Shown here: positions 9,402 through 19,006 of the stretch, piece after piece
How the letters are laid out: each line of letters begins with the position of its first letter
Position numbering within the stretch: position 1 is the stretch's first letter
DNA from: an uncultured Desulfobacteraceae bacterium
Lineage (GTDB): Bacteria; Desulfobacterota; Desulfobacteria; Desulfobacterales; UBA5852
Direction of reading: 5' to 3'
Length of the DNA stretch: 64,000 bases
NCBI GenBank assembly: GCA_913060875.1
Contig: CAJXSL010000003.1
Span: 85,045 to 149,044, forward strand
Position numbers and translations under genes: made by a program
Notes under the pieces: generated by a model
Databases searched by the model: none
Told to the model about the DNA's origin: nothing
The model's input: the letters and a program-made list of their open reading frames with translations, nothing else

Positions 9402-11123
9402 CTAGAGGAAGTAAAATCCGATGGCGGCATCGTAATGGTCCGTGCCGTAAAACTGGCAGCCGACGGTGTTGCCGACCACGGATTTCACAACCACGGTTTT
9501 CTTGATGAGGGTTTGATTGGCGTTGTCCAGGTTGAAGCGAACCTGCAGGCGGTCGTTACGGCGAAGCTGACCGGCGTTGCCGCAGGTAAATTGCAGGCCG
9601 GCCCGGGAGAGATTCTTTACCACCATCGGTCCCCAGACATCCCCGGAAGCCAGCTTGTTGCCGCTTCCCAGGGCCTGGGCAAAATACCCGTCCAGGCGAA
9701 CAGCCTTGCGATAGGCGGCCCGCAGTTCCCGGATAATCCGGAAACGATGGCCGCAGGGACATTGGACCCGCACGGCGGAACCCATTTTTTCAAACAGACG
9801 GCCGGAGACGGCATCCTGGAAACCGCATTGCGGGCAGGACATCAGGTAGCGGCCGTCATCGCCGACAAAGACAGGGCTCCGGTTGGCGTCCCCCGGTCGG
9901 GGGTCCATGGCAAATTTCATGCGCGCCTTGGCGCTGGGCGGCCCTTGATCCTGGCCCGCTTTCCGGGACCCGGGGGGAACGGGCGCCCTGACCGCAGGGG
10001 ACTCTTCAATGATCTCAATGTCGGCAATATCGATGGTTTCCACCGGCTCCGCATTCGGCTCGGGGCCGGGCCGCACCTTTATGCGGGACGCCTGGGCACG
10101 CGGTTGAATCAGCGCCGGGCCGGGCCGGACAAAGGGCAGGGCTTCGGCCATCAGGCGGCCGGCCAGCTTCACCAGCGAGGTGGCATGGCGGGGCCACCGC
10201 GTGGGGCGGGCGGTCGCCACGCCAATAACCCCCATCGGGGTTTTGCGCCGAAAAATCGTATGGCACAGGACAGCGCCCACATCCTGTTGAAGCCATTCAT
10301 GCAGGACTTTGCGTTCAAGATCGGAAAGGCTTTCCGTATCGTTGATAATGAACTGGCGGTCGCGCACAAGGGTATCGAAAAGGCGGGGCATCAGGGCGAC
10401 CGGCATGGCGTGTGGCGGCGGGCGGTCGTCCGGATTCGGTTCGAGCCGCCAGACAAAATCCGTGGTCAGGCACTTTTCCTTGACGTCGATCAGGCTGATA
10501 AAGCCGTACTCGGCGGCGCTGAACAGACCCACCTTTTCCAGAACGCTGCCAATGGTCTTGTCACGCCCATTTTCCCGGCCCGGTTGGAATTCATCGACCC
10601 AGGAGAAGATCAGATGGATAAGATCCTCCAAAACCTGGGCGTCCTGCATGGCCATCCGCAGGTCGGTAACATCGGACAACGCCATGTGAATGCGCGGCGC
10701 TTGCCCTTCCTTGCCCCGCAGTTGGCCCATTTCGACCTGGGCATGCCGTGTCACCCCCGGCGACGGATGCAGCTCGATCTCGACACTCTGGCGTTTGGCC
10801 GAGCGCATCAGTTCGTTCCAGTGGGAATAGAAAATGACCAGATCGTCGACATTGATAAAAAGCGAAAAGGGCTTGCCCTTGACCGTAGCGGCCTTCTGGC
10901 CGACAAGGCCCAGGGCCGTGGCATCGGCGGCCAAAATGAGGCCGGCGCGATCCAGCAGGAGATGCCCCACATCCACCAGGTTGCGCCCGCACTGGCCGCA
11001 GTATTTGAAAAAGGGGGGATTGACAGTGCTGCAACCGGGGCAGGTGTTCTTCAACTGTGCCCCGCAACCACCGCAATAGTTCTGGCCTTTGGCCGTTTCA
11101 GCACCACATTTCGGGCAGGTCAT
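9402..11123 (-). CDS. Multidomain c-di-GMP receptor candidate: double zinc ribbon, PAS-like, GAF-like, second zinc ribbon, PilZ
   Basis: The N-terminus has CPKCG..CGGCG..CPGC..CGQCG. The middle regions are PAS- and GAF-like. The C-terminus has CPQCG...CPCGH followed by PilZ motifs RAAYR (RxxxR) and NLSRAG (D/NxSxxG). Confidence 0.8.
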   Translation of the reverse strand: MTCPKCGAETAKGQNYCGGCGAQLKNTCPGCSTVNPPFFKYCGQCGRNLVDVGHLLLDRAGLILAADATALGLVGQKAATVKGKPFSLFINVDDLVIFYSHWNELMRSAKRQSVEIELHPSPGVTRHAQVEMGQLRGKEGQAPRIHMALSDVTDLRMAMQDAQVLEDLIHLIFSWVDEFQPGRENGRDKTIGSVLEKVGLFSAAEYGFISLIDVKEKCLTTDFVWRLEPNPDDRPPPHAMPVALMPRLFDTLVRDRQFIINDTESLSDLERKVLHEWLQQDVGAVLCHTIFRRKTPMGVIGVATARPTRWPRHATSLVKLAGRLMAEALPFVRPGPALIQPRAQASRIKVRPGPEPNAEPVETIDIADIEIIEESPAVRAPVPPGSRKAGQDQGPPSAKARMKFAMDPRPGDANRSPVFVGDDGRYLMSCPQCGFQDAVSGRLFEKMGSAVRVQCPCGHRFRIIRELRAAYRKAVRLDGYFAQALGSGNKLASGDVWGPMVVKNLSRAGLQFTCGNAGQLRRNDRLQVRFNLDNANQTLIKKTVVVKSVVGNTVGCQFYGTDHYDAAIGFYFL

Positions 11124-11562
11124 GGCGTAATGTATAGCTCAATAACTCACCGGGAATCAAGGATATGGGGACCAACGCCCGAAGCGTTCGGTCGGAATGG
11201 AAGGGCCCGAGGGGTCGAGGGGCCAAGGAGCCAAGTAAAATTCTAAAGCATTACAAATCGTTGCATATCCCTCAGACACCATGCGGGTTTCGTCTATCGA
11301 TCGATGTCGATGCACCCGTTAAGGATAAAAAGAAGATCGTACGGATGTCTTCGATCAAACCTGAGCGGCCCGGGTTCTATAATCCAATATCGATTGCGGA
11401 TGATGGTCTTCCAAAATCCTGATTTGACAGTTTCCGTTTGCAAAGGTTAGAGGATTCGTCACGGCATCGCTCCGGGGGCTGGCTTCTCTCGTGTGCAACA
11501 CGGTCAAAAGACCAAACCGATGGAACGCTGCCAGCTGAAAACCTTAAGGAAGGAGTTGCGTC

Positions 11563-12702
11563 ATGAAAACGGATACCCGCTGTGTCCACAGCGGCAGCTA
11601 TTTCGAAAAGACCACCGGCGGCATCAATACGCCCATTTTCACCTCGTCGGCCTTTGACTATCTCGACCGCGAGGATATCCCCTATCCGCGCTATTTCAAC
11701 ACCGTGAACCAGGACGCCGTGGTGCAAAAAATCGCCGCCCTGGAAAAGGCCGAGAGCGGGGTACTCTTCAGCTCAGGCATGGCCGCCATGAGCACCGCCA
11801 TCCTGGCTTTTGCCGGGGCCGGGGACCATGTGGTGCTCATGGACGAGCTCTACGGGGGCACCCACGCCTTTGCCACCGACACCTTCGCGCGCCTGGGCAT
11901 CGCGCATACATTCGCCGCGTCCACCGCGGAGGCCATCGGTGCGGCGGTCAACGACCGCACCCGGGTGATCGTCATCGAATCCCCCACCAACCCCCTGCTC
12001 TCCGTCGTGGATATTGCCCGGATCGTCGACATCGCGCGGGCGCGAGACATCACCACGATTATCGACAACACCTTTGCCACCCCCATCAACCAGAAGCCCC
12101 TGAATCTGGGCATCGACATCGTCGTGCACAGCGGCACCAAATACCTGGGAGGCCACAGCGATCTTTGCTGCGGCGTCGCCGTGACATCGCAGGACCGGAC
12201 GGAAAGCATCCTCCACGTGGCCCGCCACCTGGGGGGCAGCCTGAACGCCATGACCTGCTACCTGCTGGAACGCAGCCTCAAGACGCTGGCCCTGCGGGTG
12301 ACCCGCCAGACCGCCAACGCCCAGGCGCTGGCCGACTTTCTCCACCGGCACCCCCGCGTCAACCAGGTCTACTACCCGGGACTGGCCGATGCGCCCGGCC
12401 ATGCCACGGCCAGAGCCCAGATGTCCGGCTTCGGCGCCATGCTGTCCTTCGAGCTGGAGGGCGCCACGGCCGACACCGACGCTTTTCTTCGCAAATTGGC
12501 CCTCATCCGCCCGGCCGTCAGCCTGGGCGGCGTGGAGACCACCATCTGTGCGCCGGCCGTAACCTCCCATGAAAAAATGTCCCCCGAAGAACGGCAGCGC
12601 GTGGGCGTGACGGACGGCCTGCTGCGCCTGTCCGTGGGCATCGAGCATGCGGATGACCTGATCGACGATCTGGACCGGGCCTTAAAGCCGTCCGCCAGTT
12701 GA
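11563..12702 (+). CDS. Cys/Met-metabolism PLP-dependent enzyme (cystathionine gamma-synthase / gamma-lyase family)
   Basis: 379-aa ORF containing SGMAA, DNTFATP and HSGTKYLGGHSD (PLP lysine context). The RBS aaggaagga lies upstream of the ATG. Confidence 0.9.
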   Translation: MKTDTRCVHSGSYFEKTTGGINTPIFTSSAFDYLDREDIPYPRYFNTVNQDAVVQKIAALEKAESGVLFSSGMAAMSTAILAFAGAGDHVVLMDELYGGTHAFATDTFARLGIAHTFAASTAEAIGAAVNDRTRVIVIESPTNPLLSVVDIARIVDIARARDITTIIDNTFATPINQKPLNLGIDIVVHSGTKYLGGHSDLCCGVAVTSQDRTESILHVARHLGGSLNAMTCYLLERSLKTLALRVTRQTANAQALADFLHRHPRVNQVYYPGLADAPGHATARAQMSGFGAMLSFELEGATADTDAFLRKLALIRPAVSLGGVETTICAPAVTSHEKMSPEERQRVGVTDGLLRLSVGIEHADDLIDDLDRALKPSAS

Positions 12703-12892
12703 ATCTCTCCGGAGAACAGAAGGCCTAAGTCCCCCATAGAAAGGGGCTTGAACAAAATATTTGACCTGCTGCCTTGATTACCATAATATCCATCTCTTTA
12801 CGGTGGACCGACAACGCCTTCCCTCGCCCGGAAGGCGTTGCCGTATGGAACGACCCCGGCCCGGCAGCGCCGGCGGCATGACCCTAGATTAG

Positions 12893-13099
12893 TGTCCGTC
12901 CATAAATGGTAGATTTTGGTTCTTGGCAAGGCCCGAGCGCGTTTTCCCGCTCCGCGGGACATTATCCCGCTAGACGGGACTTCCCGTCCAATCGATTCCG
13001 GTCGGAGGGTGTAAACCGGAGGAATAGCCCGCTATTTCGAGGATTGAAAACAAGCGAGAACGCTGGCAGGGGCCGAAAGATGCCATTTATGGATGGACA
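12893..13099. mobile_element. MITE-like element, copy 1 (207 bp) with 17-bp terminal inverted repeats and a 9-bp direct flank duplication
   Basis: The ends are tgtccgtccataaatgg and ccatttatggatggaca. It is flanked on both sides by ctagattag (12884..12892 and 13100..13108). It is homologous to 39501..39640 apart from a 67-bp internal insert (about 12947..13013). Confidence 0.7.
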
Positions 13100-13126
13100 C
13101 TAGATTAGCAACAGGAGGATGAGACG

Positions 13127-13693
13127 ATGACCGACAAAGTGGGGGCCCGAATTGCCAAGTACATGGCCCAGAACGACATCACCATCGACACCTTGGCCGA
13201 ACGGACCGGCCTATCCATCAGCCTGCTGACCGCCATCCGGGACGAGGATGTCTATCCCTCCCTGGGCCCCCTGGTGAAAATCGCCCGCGCCCTGGGCGTG
13301 CGGCTGGGCACCTTCCTGGACGATCAGGACAGCATCGATCCCCTGATCGTGCGCCGCACCGCGCGCCGCAGCGCCCTCAGCACCCTGCGGGCCAAGGACC
13401 GGCCCGTGGAGACCAAATTCTACTCCCTCGGAAGGGGTAAGACCGACCGCCACATGGAACCCTTTTATGTGGAGCTGCTGCCTGAATCCAGCCAGGATAA
13501 GGCCCTCTCCAGCCACGAGGGCGAGGAATTCATCGTCGTGTTGGAAGGCCAGGTGGAGGTGGTCTACGGCCAGGAAACCCACCGGCTCGATACGGGCGAC
13601 AGCATCTACTACAACTCCATCGTGCCCCATCACGTCGGGTGCGTCGGCGACGAACCGGCCGCCATCTATGCCGTGCTGTACTTTCCCGAATAG
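13127..13693 (+). CDS. XRE-family HTH transcriptional regulator with C-terminal cupin domain
   Basis: The N-terminus is HTH_3-like (ITIDTLAERTGLSISLLTAIRDE). The C-terminus has cupin motifs (HEGEEFIVVLEGQVEV...GDSIYYNSIVPHHV). The RBS aggagg lies upstream. Confidence 0.9.
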   Translation: MTDKVGARIAKYMAQNDITIDTLAERTGLSISLLTAIRDEDVYPSLGPLVKIARALGVRLGTFLDDQDSIDPLIVRRTARRSALSTLRAKDRPVETKFYSLGRGKTDRHMEPFYVELLPESSQDKALSSHEGEEFIVVLEGQVEVVYGQETHRLDTGDSIYYNSIVPHHVGCVGDEPAAIYAVLYFPE

Positions 13694-13704
13694 AAGAGGA
13701 CAAG

Positions 13705-15354
13705 ATGACCGACCAGGAATTGAAACAGGCCACCTTGGGCCAACTGCTCGACCAGGCCATTGCAGCCTATCCGGACAACGATGCCGTGGTCTATGCCGAC
13801 CGCGATTTCCGTCTCACCTACCGGGAATTCGGTGACGTCGTGGACCGCCTGGCCAAGGGGCTCATGGCCCTGGGCGTGGAAAAAGGCGAAAAGGTGGCGG
13901 TCTGGGCCACCAACGTGCCCTACTGGGTGGCCCTCCAGTTTGCCACCGCCAAGATCGGGGCCATCCTGCTGACCGTCAACACCAACTACAAAAGCGCCGA
14001 ACTGGACTACCTGCTGCGCCAGTCGGAGACCGAGAACATCTTCATCATCGACGGCCTGCGGGACACCGACTACGTCCAGACCCTCTACGAGCTCGTGCCG
14101 GAGCTCAAGACCCAGGAGCGGGGCTACCTGAAGAGCAAGACCTTTCCCCATTTGAAACGCGTCTGCTTCCTGGGCCCCGAAAAGCACCGGGGCATGTACG
14201 CCATTCCCGAAATCATGGCCCTGCACGTCATGGTGGACGATGCCGCCTACCAGGAGCGCCAGGCCTGCCTCGACCCCCACGACGTGGTGAACATGCAGTA
14301 CACCTCGGGCACCACCGGGTTTCCCAAGGGCGTCATGCTCACCCACTACAACATCGGCAACAACGGCTACTGGATCGGTGAAAACCAGAATTTCACCCAG
14401 GCCGACCGGATCTGCATCCCGGTGCCCCTCTTCCACTGCTTCGGGTGCGTGCTGGGGGTCCTGGCGGCCGTCACCCACGCCGCCACCATGGTGTTCCTGG
14501 AAAGCTTCGACCCGGTGGATGTCATGGCCTCGGTGGAGGAGGAGCGTTGCACCGCCCTTTACGGCGTACCCACCATGTTCATCGCAGTCCTCCAGCACAA
14601 GCTGTTCAAAAAATTCGATTTCAGCACCCTGCGCACCGGCATCATGGCCGGCTCGCCCTGCCCCATCGAGGTCATGCGCCAGGTCATCGACATCATGAAC
14701 ATGCACGAGATCACCATCTGCTACGGCCTCACCGAGGCCTCGCCCGTGATCACCCAGACCCGGGCCGACGACGACATCCGCCTGCGGGTGGAATCCGTGG
14801 GCCGGGCCATGCCGGGCATCGAGGTCAAGATCGTGAACCCCGATACCCACGAACTGCTCCCGGCCGGCCAGCAGGGCGAGGTCTGCTGCCGGGGCTACAA
14901 TGTCATGAAGGGCTACTACAACATGCCCGAGGCCACATCCGAGGCCATCGACGCCGACGGCTGGCTGCACTCGGGCGATCTCGGCGTCATGGATGAAAAC
15001 GGTTATCTGGCCATCACCGGCCGTCACAAGGACATGATCATCCGCGGCGGGGAGAACATCTACCCCCGCGAGATCGAGGAATTCCTCTACCGCCTCGAAG
15101 GCATCGCCGACGTCCAGGTGGCCGGCGTGCCCAGCCCTAAATACGGAGAAGAGGTGGGGGCATTCGTCTTACTCAAGGAAGGCCACGCCTACGAGCCCGA
15201 AGACATCAAGGACTTCTGCCGCGGCCAGATCAGCCACTACAAGATCCCCAAGTACGTGGCCTTTGTGGAGGACTATCCCATGACGGCCAGCGGCAAGATT
15301 CAGAAATATAAACTGCGGGAAATGGCGGAGGCGTTGTTCCCGGATAGAATATAG
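13705..15354 (+). CDS. AMP-dependent acyl-CoA synthetase/ligase
   Basis: Contains the AMP-binding motif YTSGTTGFPKGV, the GYGLTE-like motif CYGLTEASP, and a C-terminal SGKIQKYKLR. I prefer the ATG at 13705 (RBS agaggac) over the listed 13639 start, which overlaps the upstream gene. Confidence 0.9.
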   Translation: MTDQELKQATLGQLLDQAIAAYPDNDAVVYADRDFRLTYREFGDVVDRLAKGLMALGVEKGEKVAVWATNVPYWVALQFATAKIGAILLTVNTNYKSAELDYLLRQSETENIFIIDGLRDTDYVQTLYELVPELKTQERGYLKSKTFPHLKRVCFLGPEKHRGMYAIPEIMALHVMVDDAAYQERQACLDPHDVVNMQYTSGTTGFPKGVMLTHYNIGNNGYWIGENQNFTQADRICIPVPLFHCFGCVLGVLAAVTHAATMVFLESFDPVDVMASVEEERCTALYGVPTMFIAVLQHKLFKKFDFSTLRTGIMAGSPCPIEVMRQVIDIMNMHEITICYGLTEASPVITQTRADDDIRLRVESVGRAMPGIEVKIVNPDTHELLPAGQQGEVCCRGYNVMKGYYNMPEATSEAIDADGWLHSGDLGVMDENGYLAITGRHKDMIIRGGENIYPREIEEFLYRLEGIADVQVAGVPSPKYGEEVGAFVLLKEGHAYEPEDIKDFCRGQISHYKIPKYVAFVEDYPMTASGKIQKYKLREMAEALFPDRI

Positions 15355-15388
15355 AGCTGTCGTTATCAGCCCGATTTCTTAAAACCGC

Positions 15389-15412
15389 AGGGGCACGGCG
15401 CGCCGTGCCCCT
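15389..15412. repeat. 24-nt perfect GC palindrome aggggcacggcgcgccgtgcccct, copy 1 (likely also a bidirectional terminator)
   Basis: Perfect self-complementary sequence between convergent genes, overlapping the radical SAM stop codon by 2 nt. An identical copy is at 19007..19030. Confidence 0.75.
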
Positions 15413-16510
15413 ACCGCAACCACTGGTAGCCCTGCACATCGATATTGCTGAGCCCCAGTTGCCGTGCCCGTTCCACCACCCGCCGATACTCTTTACCGGT
15501 AATCCGCCGGGACAGTTCCCGATAATCAAAGGCCTTATAGGCCGGGTGATACTGGGCCATGATATTGACATAGGTGTCTTTGGGCAGCGTTTCAGCGATC
15601 CAGGCCATGATATCCTCGGAGCCGCTTGTATTGTTGGGCATCACCAGATGCCGGATCATCAGTCCCCGCTGGATCAGCCCCTTTGAATCGGGCCTGGCAA
15701 CCCCGACCTGGCGGTGCATCTCGCGAATGGCTGCGCGCGTCAGGGCGGGATAGCTCTCCGCCCCGGGGGAATATTTCGCCGACAGGTCAGCATCCCAGTA
15801 CTTGAAATCCGGCAGATAGATATCGACGATGCCATCCAGAAGCGCAATGATCTCAACACGCTCCCAGCCGCTGGTGTTGTAGACGATCGGCAGCCGCAAC
15901 CCCTTCGCCGCGGCAATGTCCAGCGCTTTCAGGATGTGGGCGGCATAATGGGTCGGGGTCACGAAATTGAGATTGTGGCACCCGATCTTTTGCAGTTTCA
16001 GCATCATCCGGGCCATATCCGCGATGCTCTTCCGGGCGCCCCGGCCGAGCTGGCTGATTTCCCAGTTCTGGCAGAAGACGCACCGCAAGTTGCAATGGGT
16101 CAGAAAGATGGTTCCCGATCCGCCGCGTCCCACCAGCGGGCGCTCTTCACCGAAATGCGGCTGAAAGGCCGACACCACCAGATCGTCACCCGGCGCCCGG
16201 CAGAAGCCCTCCTCCCCTTCCAGGCGATTCACACCGCAGCTTCGCGGACAGAGCTCGCAGGCCTCCATGAGCGCCCAGAGTTCCTCGGCGCGGCGACCGA
16301 GTTCGCCGGTCCGGTGCCGTTCCAGATAGGCCGGCTCAAAGAACGGCTCTTTGTCGGCGGAGGGCTGATCAGCAGCCGTCGCAGCATGGCTGCGGCCCGC
16401 GGCCAGGACGTTGTCCAGCAGGATGGCCGACAGCCCGACGTTGAAGCACAGTCTGATGGTGCCATTCAGAAAGCATCTTCGGGAACAGAGTCTATCCAAA
16501 AACGGTTTCA
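15411..16510 (-). CDS. Radical SAM protein (PflX/PflA-like activase family) with a twin-arginine-type N-terminal leader
   Basis: Contains CNLRCVFCQN (CX3CX2C). The N-terminus MKPFLDRLCSRRCFLNG plus a hydrophobic stretch plus AGRSHA resembles a Tat signal. I prefer the start at 16510 (RBS gaggagg), 12 nt after the upstream stop. Confidence 0.85.
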
Positions 16511-16522
16511 TCGTTGACCTCC

Positions 16523-18817
16523 TCATGCAAGCCGGTAGGACCGGTCGGCGAGGACGATGACGCTCGTTAATTTCAGCAGCGCCACGGTGATGCCGGTGCC
16601 GACCAGGCCCAGCACCGGCAGGAGCACGACAGCGCCGAAGATGCCGCCCAGCCACCCGCCCAGCAGGTCGGCCGCGTACAGCAGCCCGGCGGACCGGCTT
16701 AAACTGGGGGACGTCTCCAGGTAGATCTTGTTGGCGAGAGGAAATTGAGCGCCGATGAGGATTCCGCTGATAAAGGCAACCACCAGGAAAAGCATCCTGA
16801 GCGCCATGAAACGTCCTGATCCGACCAGGCTTGCATGGGCTGCATCAAACAGAACGGGGCCGGCAAGGGCAAAAGCGATAATGAGGAGGTCGATCTTCAG
16901 GAACCATCGGACATCATGCGTTATGCGATTCAAATTGATCGTCATGAGGGTGGCCCCGCAAGCCGTGCCGGCCATGAACGCCGCCACCAATAGGCCGATC
17001 CATGAAAATACATAGCCATAAATCGATTGAAAGGTAAAGATGATCATGAGGTCGAAGAGCATGCCGGCAAACCCCGTGGTAATGATGGACAGGGGTACGC
17101 CCGTTCCGACAAGATCCGCCTTTAGCGTTCGGAATATGACGTAGACCAGAAGAAGCAAGACGGTCGAAAGCACCATCGCCTTCACGCTGATCATTTCGAA
17201 TGTTTTGAAGATCCCGCAGAGCGACGGGGCAAAGAGGGCGTTCCAGTGGGCGATGCTGTAGAACAACCCCATCGGCCTGAAATCGGAATTGATTTTCCGG
17301 CTGCTATCCTCGATCAACCGCGCGAACCAACCCGGCCAGCCGTCATGCAGCTTGTTTTCGATATGCCAGGGCAGCATCGCTTCCGTCTGGAGTTTCCGCT
17401 GGTCCAGCCGCGCGACAACTTGGTTTCGTCCGATGGTCAGAATGCCGGGCGCAGCCGATGCGATGAACAGGTTCCGGCCGTCGCCCGGAACGATCCGGAT
17501 ATGATCGAAGACTCTTTTCAGGGTGTGAAAGACGCAGCCGTTCAGATCCTTCAATTCATCATTCAGGTAGGTCATGGAGCCGGGCAGCCCGATGACCAGC
17601 AATCCGTCGTCCTGAAGCCTTTGCCGGGCGAGGGCAAAAAACTCCCGGGTAAACAATCGGTTGGTCTGCAAATTCGACGGCGCCATGATCCCGATGAAAA
17701 TCGCATCGAACCGCTCAGGGGAGGTCTCCAGCAGCAGGCGGCCGTCCATCGATTTGACGGTCACCTTGGGATGGGTCAGTTCGGCTTCGGTCAGGGGGGT
17801 CGGATATTTCCGGATGAGGTCCGGCAGCAGGGGGTCGAGTTCGGCATACACGATGGCGGTCACGGAGGGATGTTTCAAGGCGGCATCGATCATACCGCCG
17901 GCCCCGCCGCTCAGGATGAAGAGGTTGGCGGGGTCCGGATGGATCAAAAGGGGCAGGTGAACGAACGCCTCCACAAAGGCCATGTCCGGAACCGGGGTGA
18001 TGATGGTGGGGCTGCCGTCCTGAAAGAAAATATACTGCCCCTGGTTTTCAAGAATACAGATATTGCCGTAGGGGGAGTTCTGGTAATGAACGATCTGCTG
18101 GTTCTTCCATTGCGCCTGAATGGTATTCCGATGCAGCCGGCCCGCCTGGCCGGTCAGCCCGGCCCAGCCCAGGATCACGATCAGCCCGCCCAGAAGCCTT
18201 GCAAGCATCTTCGGATATCGACCGGTTTTCCGGATGGCGGCTGTTAAAACCAGACAGGCTACCACGTTCAGCATGGCGAGTCCCCAGGCGGTCTGAAAGG
18301 CGTCAAGGTAGGGGATCAGCAGATAGGTGCAGGCCAAGCCTCCGATGATGGTGCCCACGGTCTCAAAAATGTAGACCTTGCCCACCGCAGCGGCCTCCCG
18401 GCCTGAAACTCCGGCATAGATCCGGCAGCCGAAGGTAAACAAGGCGCCATGCAGCACGCTGACCGGCAAAAGGATGAGGAAGGCGGCATAGAGCATCGCC
18501 AAGAAGCCGATGCCTTCACCAATGGAAATGCCAAGGGCGTTTTTAAGAAGGCGAATTCCCAGAATCGACAGGAACAGCGACAGGGAAAAAAGGAGGGTGA
18601 TGACGGTAAAGGCTTCGATGCGGTGCTTGATCTTTTCGACGGTGCCGCCGAGGACAAAGCTCCCAAAGGCCTCGAGAACCAGCCAGTTGGCAAGGATGAC
18701 GCCGATGCAAAGCTCGTTGCCGGCAAAAACGATCAGAAATTCCCTCAGAAGGACGATCTCGGCCACCAGGCCGCTCAATCCCATGACCACGATGGCGATG
18801 CGGAACCGAACGTTCAT
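16523..18817 (-). CDS. Fused MFS-like / spermidine synthase-like (aminopropyltransferase fold) polytopic membrane protein
   Basis: 764 aa with about 7 N-terminal TM helices and a central SpeE-like methyltransferase-fold region (LFILSGGAGGMIDAALKHPSVTAIVYAELDP, DAIFIGIMAPS). Further C-terminal TM helices follow. Confidence 0.85.
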   Translation of the reverse strand: MNVRFRIAIVVMGLSGLVAEIVLLREFLIVFAGNELCIGVILANWLVLEAFGSFVLGGTVEKIKHRIEAFTVITLLFSLSLFLSILGIRLLKNALGISIGEGIGFLAMLYAAFLILLPVSVLHGALFTFGCRIYAGVSGREAAAVGKVYIFETVGTIIGGLACTYLLIPYLDAFQTAWGLAMLNVVACLVLTAAIRKTGRYPKMLARLLGGLIVILGWAGLTGQAGRLHRNTIQAQWKNQQIVHYQNSPYGNICILENQGQYIFFQDGSPTIITPVPDMAFVEAFVHLPLLIHPDPANLFILSGGAGGMIDAALKHPSVTAIVYAELDPLLPDLIRKYPTPLTEAELTHPKVTVKSMDGRLLLETSPERFDAIFIGIMAPSNLQTNRLFTREFFALARQRLQDDGLLVIGLPGSMTYLNDELKDLNGCVFHTLKRVFDHIRIVPGDGRNLFIASAAPGILTIGRNQVVARLDQRKLQTEAMLPWHIENKLHDGWPGWFARLIEDSSRKINSDFRPMGLFYSIAHWNALFAPSLCGIFKTFEMISVKAMVLSTVLLLLVYVIFRTLKADLVGTGVPLSIITTGFAGMLFDLMIIFTFQSIYGYVFSWIGLLVAAFMAGTACGATLMTINLNRITHDVRWFLKIDLLIIAFALAGPVLFDAAHASLVGSGRFMALRMLFLVVAFISGILIGAQFPLANKIYLETSPSLSRSAGLLYAADLLGGWLGGIFGAVVLLPVLGLVGTGITVALLKLTSVIVLADRSYRLA
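18691..18733. repeat. 43-bp segment inside the spermidine-synthase-like gene that is exactly duplicated at 23097..23139
   Basis: caaggatgacgccgatgcaaagctcgttgccggcaaaaacgat is read identically at both positions, in the same orientation. Confidence 0.85.
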
Positions 18818-19006
18818 GACGCATAACCCGAACAGCGCTTATGTCCTTGATATTCGGAAACACCAAAACCAAATCCGTAGACGCAAACAGCAGGCAGTGG
18901 ACGAGGAAAAATTAAATTCAGAGGAAGGCGATTCGAGACAATAAATCGATTCTAAAGGAAGGCCCTGCCAAACTCAAATGGTTTTCATCAGGGACAGGAA
19001 AGCCGT

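Noticed and set aside
9183-11246. 687-aa plus-strand ORF
   Set aside because: It is the antisense shadow of the PilZ multidomain gene (9402..11123). It has a low-complexity G/A/R/P-rich translation typical of high-GC antisense frames and no RBS.
11400-11562. Possible SAM or SAH riboswitch upstream of the Cys/Met PLP enzyme
   Set aside because: I looked for the S-box core (TTATCAAGAG...GAGGGA...) and SAH-type motifs and could not find them. Only a generic GC-rich leader is visible.
12906-13103. 65-aa ORF
   Set aside because: It lies entirely inside the MITE-like element. The sister copy does not preserve the frame because it lacks the 67-bp segment.
15411-16655. Longer 414-aa version of the radical SAM ORF
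   Set aside because: The extension overlaps the upstream gene by more than 130 nt and translates to an R/A/G/P-rich peptide. The internal ATG at 16510 has a gaggagg RBS.
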